A stretch of DNA of 64,000 nucleotides. Origin: Candidatus Kapaibacterium sp. (lineage in GTDB: Bacteria > Bacteroidota > Ignavibacteria > Kapaibacteriales > UBA2268). This document shows positions 9,784 to 18,476 of the stretch, one piece after another (the stretch's first letter is position 1; every line of letters begins with the position of its first letter). Below the pieces are notes generated by a model. The model was not told where the DNA came from and did no database searches. It was given only the letters and a program-made list of their open reading frames with translations. The stretch covers positions 2,313 through 66,312 of the forward strand of contig CALBDO010000019.1 in assembly GCA_937927515.1 (NCBI GenBank), read 5' to 3'. The position numbers and the translations under genes are program-made.

Positions 9784-9862
9784 TTATAAATACTTCTTAG
9801 AAATAAAAATAATAAAACTGCCCCGCAGGAAAATGATTCGGAGCAGTTTATTATGCAGTAAA

Positions 9863-10102
9863 CTAAACATATTGTTCCTCTTCGTCGTCGTCGTAAAAGT
9901 AATCTTCTGAACCTAACTCTTCATACTCTGGCCAAAGGTCTTCAATTCCCATTATTAGCGCATCTTCGTCCTCTATTTCCATGAGATTATCGATAACTTG
10001 CTGGGGACATCCAGTTCTATTTGCATAATCAATCAACTCCTCTTTGTTAGCAGGAAATGGAGCATCTTCGAGGTATGAGGCAAGCTCTGGTGTCCAAAAC
10101 AT
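9863..10102 (-). CDS. DUF2795 family small acidic protein
   Basis: MFWTPELASYLEDAPFPANKEELIDYANRTG matches the conserved Bacteroidota DUF2795 pattern. GGAGG RBS upstream. Confidence 0.85.
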   Translation of the reverse strand: MFWTPELASYLEDAPFPANKEELIDYANRTGCPQQVIDNLMEIEDEDALIMGIEDLWPEYEELGSEDYFYDDDEEEQYV

Positions 10103-10213
10103 AGTTTCTACCCTCCTTCTATGTTACACAAAAAATCATTTAAATTTTATCCAATATCTTTTCGAAAAAAAAGCGATAATATTTTAAATATATTAAATTT
10201 TTTTAAAAAAATT

Positions 10214-10954
10214 TTATTTGTTCTTTGGGTTAGTAATTAAATCATCAAAATTATGTTGCAATATCAAAACATTGCATCCATAATTTGGTTCTTTTGCTTT
10301 TAAGTCACCGCGTAAAACAATAGTGTATCCCTTGCCTGGTTTAAATTCAAAGTTTTTTGCTTGAAACAAAATTGTATCTTTTTCTAAATCGGATATGGTG
10401 ATTTTGTACTTTTCTGGATATGTTGTATAAAATTTTGTATAATTTTTAAAATTTAATGAGAAGCTCAATGGATACTGTTGTTCTAAATTAAATAATAAGT
10501 AAGAAGGTGAATTAAGTGCAAGATTGACGAAGCGAAAATAAGAATTGGTAGGTGAATAATTGCTAATCGAATCGTTTAGAAGCAACCCATTTACTCTCCT
10601 TTGTAGTTGAATTATGAAAAATGTGTAAAGTTGACCTTTAACCAAATTTGCAAAACCATTGTATACAACAGAATCATTCTTGTAGGAAACGACAAAATTT
10701 GTGACACCAGGCAAGACATTCATATATTTAAAACCTTCTTCTAAATCATAACTTAAAGAATTGTGCAAAATTATACCACCAATAGCTAATTTGACTTTTC
10801 CAAACATCGGTGCACAATTAACACACATAACTTGAGCATATTGAGAAGGGGTTATATCTTTTTCAGTTTCAAGACTCGGTATACATTGGCAGGCAATAAA
10901 AAATATAAATAAAAAGAAAAGAAAACTAATGAAAATTGATAAATTTTTACCCAT
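10214..10954 (-). CDS. DUF4397-like lipoprotein (two beta-sandwich repeats)
   Basis: Lipobox FIAC, VMCVNCAP and FRFVNLA repeat starts, and GQLYTFFI / GKGYTIVLRG repeat ends. Confidence 0.7.
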   Translation of the reverse strand: MGKNLSIFISFLFFLFIFFIACQCIPSLETEKDITPSQYAQVMCVNCAPMFGKVKLAIGGIILHNSLSYDLEEGFKYMNVLPGVTNFVVSYKNDSVVYNGFANLVKGQLYTFFIIQLQRRVNGLLLNDSISNYSPTNSYFRFVNLALNSPSYLLFNLEQQYPLSFSLNFKNYTKFYTTYPEKYKITISDLEKDTILFQAKNFEFKPGKGYTIVLRGDLKAKEPNYGCNVLILQHNFDDLITNPKNK

Positions 10955-10959
10955 ATTGC

Positions 10960-12201
10960 CTAATACTTTAGGGTAACTCCATAAGTAACTCCGCTTTTCT
11001 TAGTTTGGTAGATATTTTCTTGGACTTTGTAACCTAAGTAAGAAACTTCCCATCCTAAAAACAAAGCAACACGTGCATCAGGACTATATTGTATTCCTAA
11101 GGAACCTCGAGCGAGAGGACCAACGGGAGTACCACCAAGGAAAATCCTTGCAAAAGGTTTAAGTTCATTAAGAATAAACATATTATCAATGTTTTGCTGT
11201 AAATAGAAACCATACCACCATAGGAGTGGATTTTGCTTATAATAAGTTAATTCACCATATCTTTTAAGAGTATATTGTTGCGAGAACTTTTCCTGCCCAA
11301 ATTCAAAGCCAACATTTGTGTTTTTAAGTAAATTATACCCTATTGAAATTCCAGTGTTCGTTAATACACCTTTCTCACCCAAATTAACATTCACGTTTGG
11401 ATAGGAATTCATCGAATAACCACGAAAACCTAGGGTAATATTTTTAAGTCTTTTCGTTACTTGGTTAGGGCTCGAAACCTCGGTAAGAATTGATTTAGAA
11501 GTGAAACCGAAATTTCTTGGTATTTCAATTGGAGATTGTTTAAAACTTCGAAAGACAATGTTCTGAGAGGCATGTTTTGTATTTGTCTGCTCAATAATCT
11601 CGGGATTTTCATTTTGAAGTACTTCGACTGGTTTCAACGACATTTGATTATTATTTTGTAAGTATTTTGAAAGATATTTATCAAGTGCTCGAAGAAATGT
11701 TCGTTCGAATTTATCTAGTTGATTAGTTTCACCACTTTCTACTGAAGCTTTGGACATTTCGATAGCATGTCCTACTGGAATTCCTATTTCATTGCTTAAA
11801 TTTGAACCTTCATTGATGGTCGTTACTAATCTTGGATATGGAATAAATAGCCAAAGAAGAAGAAATGTACAAACACTACCCAAGATACTTGAAGCGAAAT
11901 ATGGAATAAATTTTGAAAAGTGTGTTTTAAGCTTTTCAATAAAAGCTGGTTGGGGAATGGTTGTCGATATATGATTTGTATTTGGAATATTGAAGTTTAA
12001 CTTAGCAAAAATATCGTTTGTCAATTCAGAAGGAACAGTGATGGTTTGATAGTCTTTAAAAAAAATTTGGTTAAAATTAATTTGTTCTTCGAAATACTCA
12101 CGAAGCTCTTCATTAGTAGAAAGTTCACGAAAGAGCAAATCCTTTTCAACCAAATTTAAATCACCTACTAAATACATGTCAATTAATTTTTTGTAATTCA
12201 T
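10960..12201 (-). CDS. Putative anti-sigma factor: N-terminal ASD-like helices, one TM helix, low-complexity linker, C-terminal beta-barrel-like domain
   Basis: Directly after the ECF sigma. N-terminus KKLIDMYLVGDL...EELREYF, TM segment SILGSVCTFLLLWLFIP, and amphipathic strands ending GVTYGVTLKY. Start moved to MNYKK. Confidence 0.7.
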   Translation of the reverse strand: MNYKKLIDMYLVGDLNLVEKDLLFRELSTNEELREYFEEQINFNQIFFKDYQTITVPSELTNDIFAKLNFNIPNTNHISTTIPQPAFIEKLKTHFSKFIPYFASSILGSVCTFLLLWLFIPYPRLVTTINEGSNLSNEIGIPVGHAIEMSKASVESGETNQLDKFERTFLRALDKYLSKYLQNNNQMSLKPVEVLQNENPEIIEQTNTKHASQNIVFRSFKQSPIEIPRNFGFTSKSILTEVSSPNQVTKRLKNITLGFRGYSMNSYPNVNVNLGEKGVLTNTGISIGYNLLKNTNVGFEFGQEKFSQQYTLKRYGELTYYKQNPLLWWYGFYLQQNIDNMFILNELKPFARIFLGGTPVGPLARGSLGIQYSPDARVALFLGWEVSYLGYKVQENIYQTKKSGVTYGVTLKY

Positions 12202-12220
12202 ATATCTAACCACATATGTG

Positions 12221-12787
12221 TTAATAATCATTTTTTAGAAAAGGTGCCAAAATTGTTTTTAATTTATCCCTTCCTCGGTAATAACGAGACTTTACTGTAG
12301 CGAGCGATTCACCGACAATTTCAGCAATTTCACTAAAAGTTAAGTTTTGATAATGATGCAGAACAAATACCTCCCGTGATAAGAAATCCAGCAAAGCAAG
12401 TGCGTTCTCAATCATTTGTGATACTTCATTTTTTTCAATTTCAATAACTGATTGTAAAATACCCGTTGTTTCATCGAATGAAATAACCGATTTCTTGTCT
12501 CGGTAGTAATTCAAGCAAAGATTTCGAGCAATTTTTAGAAGAAATGGCAATATATTTGAAACTCTATTACCATTTTTACAAAAAGTAAAAAATTTTAAAA
12601 ATGTTTCTTGAAAGATATCCTTTGCATCATTTCGATTATTCACTAACCTCAAGATAAATGCATACAGAGTATTACTGTATCGATTATAAATTTCTGTAAA
12701 AGCGAGTTCTGCAATATTAGAATTGTTTGCTAAACTCAAGCAAAGTTCAATATCAGTCAAGCCACTAACTTTTTCTTGTTTTTTCAT
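12221..12787 (-). CDS. ECF-family RNA polymerase sigma-70 factor
   Basis: Region 2 AFTEIYNRY...DAKDIFQETF and region 4 LTFSEIAEIVGESLATVKSRYYRGR. The ATG overlaps the upstream TGA (TGATG). Confidence 0.93.
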   Translation of the reverse strand: MKKQEKVSGLTDIELCLSLANNSNIAELAFTEIYNRYSNTLYAFILRLVNNRNDAKDIFQETFLKFFTFCKNGNRVSNILPFLLKIARNLCLNYYRDKKSVISFDETTGILQSVIEIEKNEVSQMIENALALLDFLSREVFVLHHYQNLTFSEIAEIVGESLATVKSRYYRGRDKLKTILAPFLKNDY

Positions 12788-13872
12788 CAACCTTTAAATT
12801 TATTCCAAAAAGCCCGAAAAACATTACTTCCAATTATTATTGGTTTGGCTTTGTTATCGGAGATATTTATAATTTCCAAAGTACCACTGAACTGGGTCAA
12901 CTCGTCCCTATAAAATCGAGTATAGAGAATATATTTTTTCTCCTCATATAGTTTTGGGAAAAGATTATAAGAATATCCACCAGATAGGGAAATAAATTGA
13001 AATCGTTTCGTTAATTCATTGAAGTTAACAATCCATATTGAACCGTCTCGCCCAACGGTATAAAAGACATTTTCTCTGCTCGATGGTAATGCTTCTACAC
13101 ATCCGACGAATTCTACTTCCCAAGTTTTTTCGTAACTTCCTTCGAAACTTGTTGAATAAATTAAATCAATCCTTTCTAATGTCTCTATGCAACAATAAAC
13201 AAAGACATTGTCATTACTCCAATTTGGTGAAGGTTCGCCATAAAGCTCTGCAACATTTCCAGGTAAAACTTTCTTGCAAAGTGTCTGCGGTTGTTCTGAA
13301 CCCAGGTAGGAAATTACAATATACTGGGGAGAGGTGTACAAGTCTTTCCCCTCAAAAAATGCAATCTTACTACCGTCTGGAGAAAAACTCGGCAAAGTGC
13401 CTTTGCAAAAGTTATTGGAAATTTTAAGATAAGTAGTCTCATTTTTTACTATCCATAGCTCATTACCATTAGCCCCTATTGCGATAAAAGAACCATTGCT
13501 GGAAATAATAGCAAAATCGCGCGAGTACCAATGAAATGAGCCGGCAATTATTCTTTGATTAGAGCCATCAATGTTGGATAGTATAACATCTTGAGAGCCA
13601 GTGGAGTAATCTCGAACGAATACCAATTTGTTATCCCTTGAAGGAGCAGAGTATAATTTGCCATTTTTAATCAATTCTTTTGGATTGGATTGATTTATAT
13701 CTATTTGAAATATACTCGGCTCAGTAGCATTAACTGGCAAAGCGGTAAAATAGATATCACCTTCCGGAAAAGAATATATATTATCATACTTGCAGGGGTC
13801 GCAGGCAAATAAAAGAACTACAAAATCAATTACTATTAAAAATGTCTTCCAAACGTGCCTGCATTCTTTCAT
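12787..13872 (-). CDS. TolB/PD40-like beta-propeller lipoprotein
   Basis: Lipobox LLFAC and repeats such as PSFSPDGSKIAF, PSRDNKLVF and PNWSNDN. Start moved to MKECRHV. Confidence 0.7.
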   Translation of the reverse strand: MKECRHVWKTFLIVIDFVVLLFACDPCKYDNIYSFPEGDIYFTALPVNATEPSIFQIDINQSNPKELIKNGKLYSAPSRDNKLVFVRDYSTGSQDVILSNIDGSNQRIIAGSFHWYSRDFAIISSNGSFIAIGANGNELWIVKNETTYLKISNNFCKGTLPSFSPDGSKIAFFEGKDLYTSPQYIVISYLGSEQPQTLCKKVLPGNVAELYGEPSPNWSNDNVFVYCCIETLERIDLIYSTSFEGSYEKTWEVEFVGCVEALPSSRENVFYTVGRDGSIWIVNFNELTKRFQFISLSGGYSYNLFPKLYEEKKYILYTRFYRDELTQFSGTLEIINISDNKAKPIIIGSNVFRAFWNKFKG

Positions 13873-13911
13873 AAAAACTTTTTGCCTTTCTGCTTTCTCT
13901 GTATCTTGTAA

Positions 13912-13937
13912 GACACATAAATGGCAAAAAAGTATCA
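13912..13937 (-). promoter_or_regulatory. Candidate ECF-sigma promoter TGATAC-N16-TGTC(T)
   Basis: Minus strand reads tgatac ttttttgccatttatg tgtct, about 40 nt upstream of the first gene of the sigma/anti-sigma module. It fits the generic ECF TG(a/t)AAC-N16-(C/T)GTC layout. Confidence 0.55.
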
Positions 13938-13958
13938 AAACTTAAACAAATTCTTAGA

Positions 13959-14453
13959 TTAATTGTTTTGTTCTGTTTGAATGTTAAATAGTTTGTAAAG
14001 GTCAAGCAATATTACCAATCTATCGTCTAAATTCACCACACCAATTATGTAATTTTCACTAATTTTACTCTCACTTTGAGTGGGATTAGTTTCGATAGAA
14101 TGTTTATTTACCCAAATCACTTCATTCATTTTATCCACCAAGATTCCTATTATCTTTCCATCGAGTTGCAAGACGATAATTCTCGAGGAGGGGTCGTAGT
14201 CGCGCAGATTTAAATTCATTAACTTTCTTAAGTCAACGACGGGAATAACTTTACCGCGCAAGTTAATAACCCCTTCCACATACTTTGGTGCATTTGGTAC
14301 GCGAGTAATTTTCGTCATAGGCGTAATTTCCTGTACTTTCAAAATTTCAATGCCAAATAACTCTCCAGCAAGTTCAAAGGTAACCAACTGTAACATCTCG
14401 GATTTTTCGCCCTCTTGATTAATCAAACTCGTTGATTTTACAACTTCTTCCAT
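13959..14453 (-). CDS. cheW: Chemotaxis coupling protein CheW
   Basis: QLVTFELAGELFGIEILKVQEI, VPNAPKYVEGVINLRGKVIPVVDLR and GILVDKMNEV. ATG lies 1 nt after the era stop. Confidence 0.93.
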   Translation of the reverse strand: MEEVVKSTSLINQEGEKSEMLQLVTFELAGELFGIEILKVQEITPMTKITRVPNAPKYVEGVINLRGKVIPVVDLRKLMNLNLRDYDPSSRIIVLQLDGKIIGILVDKMNEVIWVNKHSIETNPTQSESKISENYIIGVVNLDDRLVILLDLYKLFNIQTEQNN

Positions 14454-14454
14454 T

Positions 14455-15348
14455 TTAATACCCAAAAAATTTTAACATACTTTTATTGTTTCTCCAATTC
14501 TTTCGAACTTTGACAAAAAGTTCGAGATACACTTGTTGCCCAAGATGAGCTTCGATATCTTTTCTAGCCACTTCACCTAATTTCTTTATCCTAGTTCCTC
14601 CAGCACCAAGAATTATTGGTTTTTGAGTATCTTTCTCAACAATAATTTCAGCATTAATATACCACTTTCCCTTTTGCCTCTCTACAAATTCTACAATTTG
14701 TACCTCTGTTGAATAGGGTATCTCCTCTCTGTACATTTTAAAAAGCTTTTCTCTAATCAATTCAGCCACAAAAAACCTTTCATTTTGAGTACTTAGGATT
14801 TCTTCATCGTAAAGAAACTCAGCTCTTGGCAAGTAATGCATAAAAACCTTAAGCAATTCATCTATCCCAGCTAGTTTTGTTGCTGATATAGGTACATACT
14901 CTTTGAACAGTTCAGTTTTTGCATATGAATCGATTATAGGAAGAACCAACTTGGTACTCTCCAGCAAGTCAATCTTATTCAAAACTAAAATTAATGGCTT
15001 TCCAGTGGATTTCAACTTCTCTTCTATTGCATTCGTAATGATTTCTTTTGGTTCTTTATGTGTTACTACATCAATCATAAAACCTATTATATCTGCTTCC
15101 TGTATTGCATAATCGACATATTGCATCATCACCTTGTGAAGTTCATACTTTGGGTCAATTATTCCAGGAGTATCCAAAAAAATCATCTGGTAATTTTCCT
15201 CTGTCCGAACTCCAACCACACGTTTACGAGTTGTTTGAGGCTTGGGTGATACGATGCTAAGTTTGACACCAACAAGAGCATTCAAAAGAGTAGACTTTCC
15301 AACATTTGGAGCACCAATTAAAGCAACATATCCACAATGTCTATCCAT
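14455..15348 (-). CDS. era: GTPase Era
   Basis: GAPNVGKSTLLN, KPQTTR, DTPG, NKID, and a KH domain with EIPYS and GTRIKKLG. Confidence 0.97.
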   Translation of the reverse strand: MDRHCGYVALIGAPNVGKSTLLNALVGVKLSIVSPKPQTTRKRVVGVRTEENYQMIFLDTPGIIDPKYELHKVMMQYVDYAIQEADIIGFMIDVVTHKEPKEIITNAIEEKLKSTGKPLILVLNKIDLLESTKLVLPIIDSYAKTELFKEYVPISATKLAGIDELLKVFMHYLPRAEFLYDEEILSTQNERFFVAELIREKLFKMYREEIPYSTEVQIVEFVERQKGKWYINAEIIVEKDTQKPIILGAGGTRIKKLGEVARKDIEAHLGQQVYLELFVKVRKNWRNNKSMLKFFGY

Positions 15349-15641
15349 CAACTTTCTTTATCTTTTTTAAATGTTTTTAGCAAGGCATATGGTATAATAA
15401 CACAATACCCAAGGAATAACAAAATTGGTGCAACATATATAACAAATGGATTATTCCATTTGCTGTTGGGAAGTGCCGACTCTTCTGTAATTCCAGTTGC
15501 TAAAAAAATATAACCAAGAATTATAACAGCAAAACCAATTGCCAAATATTTCAAATTTTCATTATCCAACGTAAATGTCCAAGTAGGTTTTTTGCTTTTT
15601 TTGGTTCTTTGCTGCTGTTTAGCTTGTACCTGTCTTTTCAT
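15348..15641 (-). CDS. Small two-TM membrane protein (DUF3098-like)
   Basis: NLKYLAIGFAVIILGYIFL...VAPILLFLGYCVIIPYAL. Its stop overlaps the era ATG. Confidence 0.6.
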   Translation of the reverse strand: MKRQVQAKQQQRTKKSKKPTWTFTLDNENLKYLAIGFAVIILGYIFLATGITEESALPNSKWNNPFVIYVAPILLFLGYCVIIPYALLKTFKKDKES

Positions 15642-15672
15642 ACATTCTCCAAAAATGAATTGTAATATAAAT

Positions 15673-15680
15673 CAAAATTA
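15673..15680 (-). promoter_or_regulatory. Candidate -7 promoter element TAATTTTG for the DUF3098-era-cheW unit
   Basis: TAnnTTTG about 32 nt upstream of the ATG at 15641. Confidence 0.45.
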
Positions 15681-15867
15681 ATAAAAAATATATATATCGA
15701 TGGTTTCAATCTCGAACAAGTCGCTTTTCAACCCTAATTTTGAATTTATTTTGATATAAACTTCACTAAAATCAGTTATTTCGAAAATTTTTTTTACAAT
15801 ATTCATACTATAAAGCAATTTATATCAATATAAAATCGTCAACAAACTTTATGATTACATCTAAAAT

Positions 15868-16332
15868 ATGAAGAAAGATTCTCTTGTGACCACAAATTTT
15901 GATAAAGATGAATTTAAAGCTCTAAAGCATTCTGTTTTGCTCCGTGTTTATTATGCAGATGTAGATAAAATGGGGATTGTTTACAATGGTAATTACCTTC
16001 GTTATTTTGAAATTGGACGAACTGAACTAATGCGACATTTTGGAATTCCCTATTCTTTAGTCGAAGAACAAGGTTATTTGCTCCCTCTGATTGAAGCAAA
16101 TATCAAATGGAAAGGTTCTGCAAGATACGATGACACAATTGAAATTGAAACTTCGTTTTATCCAGACTTTTTTAATCCAAAGGTACGATTCGAATATGTA
16201 ATTAAAACTTCTGATAAAATAATAGCATACGGGTATACAATTCATACTTTTGTGCGTTGCGAAGACTTTCGCCCAGTCCGAACTCCAAAGTTTTTCATAG
16301 ATAAAATTGAACAAATAATTACTCAAAAATAA
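15868..16332 (+). CDS. Acyl-CoA thioesterase (YbgC/FadM hot-dog family)
   Basis: RVYYADVDKMGIVYNGNYLRYFEIGRTE and SARYDD motifs. Confidence 0.9.
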   Translation: MKKDSLVTTNFDKDEFKALKHSVLLRVYYADVDKMGIVYNGNYLRYFEIGRTELMRHFGIPYSLVEEQGYLLPLIEANIKWKGSARYDDTIEIETSFYPDFFNPKVRFEYVIKTSDKIIAYGYTIHTFVRCEDFRPVRTPKFFIDKIEQIITQK

Positions 16333-16334
16333 AA

Positions 16335-17261
16335 ATGAAAAGAATAATTTTCTTATTTTTTTTAGTAACTTTTGTATCGCATTCGAAAGACACTCCATTC
16401 AATTTCCTCCGTCATTCTGGCAGTGCACGGGCTACTGCTTTGGGGGGTGCTTTCGTTTCCATTTACGACGACCCATCGGCTTTATTTTATAACCCCGCCA
16501 GTGTAGGTTCAACCAATTCTAAAAATTTTTCATTAACTTTTTTTAAGCACGTTCTCGATATCAACTCTGGCTCGGCATCCTTTAAGAAAAAATTTGAAAA
16601 AATTGGACATTTTGCACTTTCGGGGAATTTTACCAATTATGGTTCTTTCGAACGAACCAATACCGACGGGCAGATAATTGGCTCTTTCACAGCCAATGAT
16701 TTTTCTTTTGGTGTAACTTACTCTAACCTTTTAGATACCAATCTATACTACGGCGCCACAATCAAGTTTATATCATCTAATATCGACAAATATAGCTCTT
16801 TTGCAATTGCTTTCGATTTTGGTTTACTACTCCTGATACCGGAAAAAAATACAAGCATAGGTTTAGCAATACTGCATGCTGGCACACAATTAAAAACTTT
16901 CGACACCAATAGAGAGAGCTTACCAATTGATTTAAGGGTCGGAATATCACATCGATTACGAGGTTTACCTTTACTTTTAAACTTCAACTTCTTTAATTTG
17001 GCAGACTACACAAAGAAATTTCTTGATAAATTCTTGAAATTCTCCATAGGAGGGGAATTCATACTTAGTGACTACTTGCATTTGAGAGTAGGTTACGACA
17101 ATAATCTACGCAAATACTCTGGTACATCAAAAAGTAAAGAATTTATAGGGTTTTCCGCTGGTTTAGGTTTAAAAATAAATGAATTTAATATAGACTATAG
17201 CATTGGACAAGTCGGGGCATCTGCAATATTTCATAAATTTTCAATTTATTTGACACTTTAA
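16335..17261 (+). CDS. PorV/PorQ-family outer-membrane barrel (T9SS shuttle-like, FadL-type fold)
   Basis: Signal peptide, FLRHSGSARATALGGAF, ALFYNPA, FAIAFDFG, LPIDLRVG and GFSAGLGL. Confidence 0.82.
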   Translation: MKRIIFLFFLVTFVSHSKDTPFNFLRHSGSARATALGGAFVSIYDDPSALFYNPASVGSTNSKNFSLTFFKHVLDINSGSASFKKKFEKIGHFALSGNFTNYGSFERTNTDGQIIGSFTANDFSFGVTYSNLLDTNLYYGATIKFISSNIDKYSSFAIAFDFGLLLLIPEKNTSIGLAILHAGTQLKTFDTNRESLPIDLRVGISHRLRGLPLLLNFNFFNLADYTKKFLDKFLKFSIGGEFILSDYLHLRVGYDNNLRKYSGTSKSKEFIGFSAGLGLKINEFNIDYSIGQVGASAIFHKFSIYLTL

Positions 17262-17447
17262 TTAATTCATATATCGAATTGTTATAACGCAATTAAAATA
17301 CTACTAAGAATCAACTAAAACAAAATTTAACTCAACTATAATGATAAAACTTGCTCTATATCTAAAACAGTAAATGTAAACAAAATTATTTCAAATTAAC
17401 TTTCCTATAAAGTCCAATACTAATTTACCTCTTTAAATCTTTTCCCT

Positions 17448-18464
17448 TTAATAATTCAAATCTTGTGTTTTTACTTTGCCACGGAAAATCCAGTAAATTC
17501 CAGCAGTATATGCAAGAACAAAGGGTACACCAATTATCGCAATTATTAACATAATAGTAAGAGTTTTTTGAGAGGAGGCTGCATTATAAATTGTCAAACT
17601 ATATTCTGGATTAGGGTTTGATGGAACAATATTTGGAAAAATACCGATAGCAAACAAAGCCAAAAGCGCAATGATACTTGCAGAGGAAGAAATAAATGCC
17701 CAACCGTACCTTTTATGATGAATTTCCCTGGGAATATTTGCTATTGCCAGCATATTAAGTAAAGGAACAATAAATAAAATTGGATAATCAATAAAATGTC
17801 GTGTCATATGAGGAACATAAATCAAGGTAACCATTGTAGTAGATACGTAGCAAATTACAAAAAATATAATAGTATTGTTGACCCAAGGTATTAATTTATC
17901 CCTCAGTTCGCCTTCTGTTTTCAAGACTAAATAAATTGTACCGTGCATCATAAACAATGATACTGTGGTAATGCCTGTGAGCAAAGTATATGGGGATATC
18001 AAAGTCCAAAAGTTTCCAACAAATTCATGGTATTGATTAAGAGGCACGCCAATGATTATATTGCCCATAGCAACACCGAGAAGTAGAGCAATGACGTAAC
18101 TAGACAAAGAGAAAGCAATGTCCCAATTGCGTCGCCACCGTAGGCTTTCCCTTTTGCTCCTAAATTCAATAGCGATTGCTCTAAATACCAAAACTACGAG
18201 CAGAAGAAAGAGAGCGATGTAAAATCCAGAAAAAACAGTGGCGTAGACTTCGGGAAACGCAGCAAAAAGAGCTCCACCTCCAGTTATTAACCAAACTTCG
18301 TTACCATCCCAAACAGGACCAATTGCGTTTAGGAAAATGCGTCTATGATGGTCTTCCTTTACAAAAAGATGAACGGCGCCAACACCCAGGTCGAAACCAT
18401 CAAGGACAGCATATCCTGTAAATAAAACACCTATTAAAATAAACCAAACTATATTCAAATCCAT
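17448..18464 (-). CDS. cydB: Cytochrome bd ubiquinol oxidase subunit II
   Basis: YAVLDGFDLGVG, IGPVWDGNEVWL and LTIYNAASS. The start at MDLNIV follows GGAGGT; an alternative ATG is at 18476. Confidence 0.96.
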   Translation of the reverse strand: MDLNIVWFILIGVLFTGYAVLDGFDLGVGAVHLFVKEDHHRRIFLNAIGPVWDGNEVWLITGGGALFAAFPEVYATVFSGFYIALFLLLVVLVFRAIAIEFRSKRESLRWRRNWDIAFSLSSYVIALLLGVAMGNIIIGVPLNQYHEFVGNFWTLISPYTLLTGITTVSLFMMHGTIYLVLKTEGELRDKLIPWVNNTIIFFVICYVSTTMVTLIYVPHMTRHFIDYPILFIVPLLNMLAIANIPREIHHKRYGWAFISSSASIIALLALFAIGIFPNIVPSNPNPEYSLTIYNAASSQKTLTIMLIIAIIGVPFVLAYTAGIYWIFRGKVKTQDLNY

Positions 18465-18476
18465 TTCTACCTCCAT

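Noticed and set aside
15690-15701. ModE-like half-site TATATATCGAT
   Set aside because: Only one half-site, within an AT microsatellite-like run and far from any Mo-related gene.
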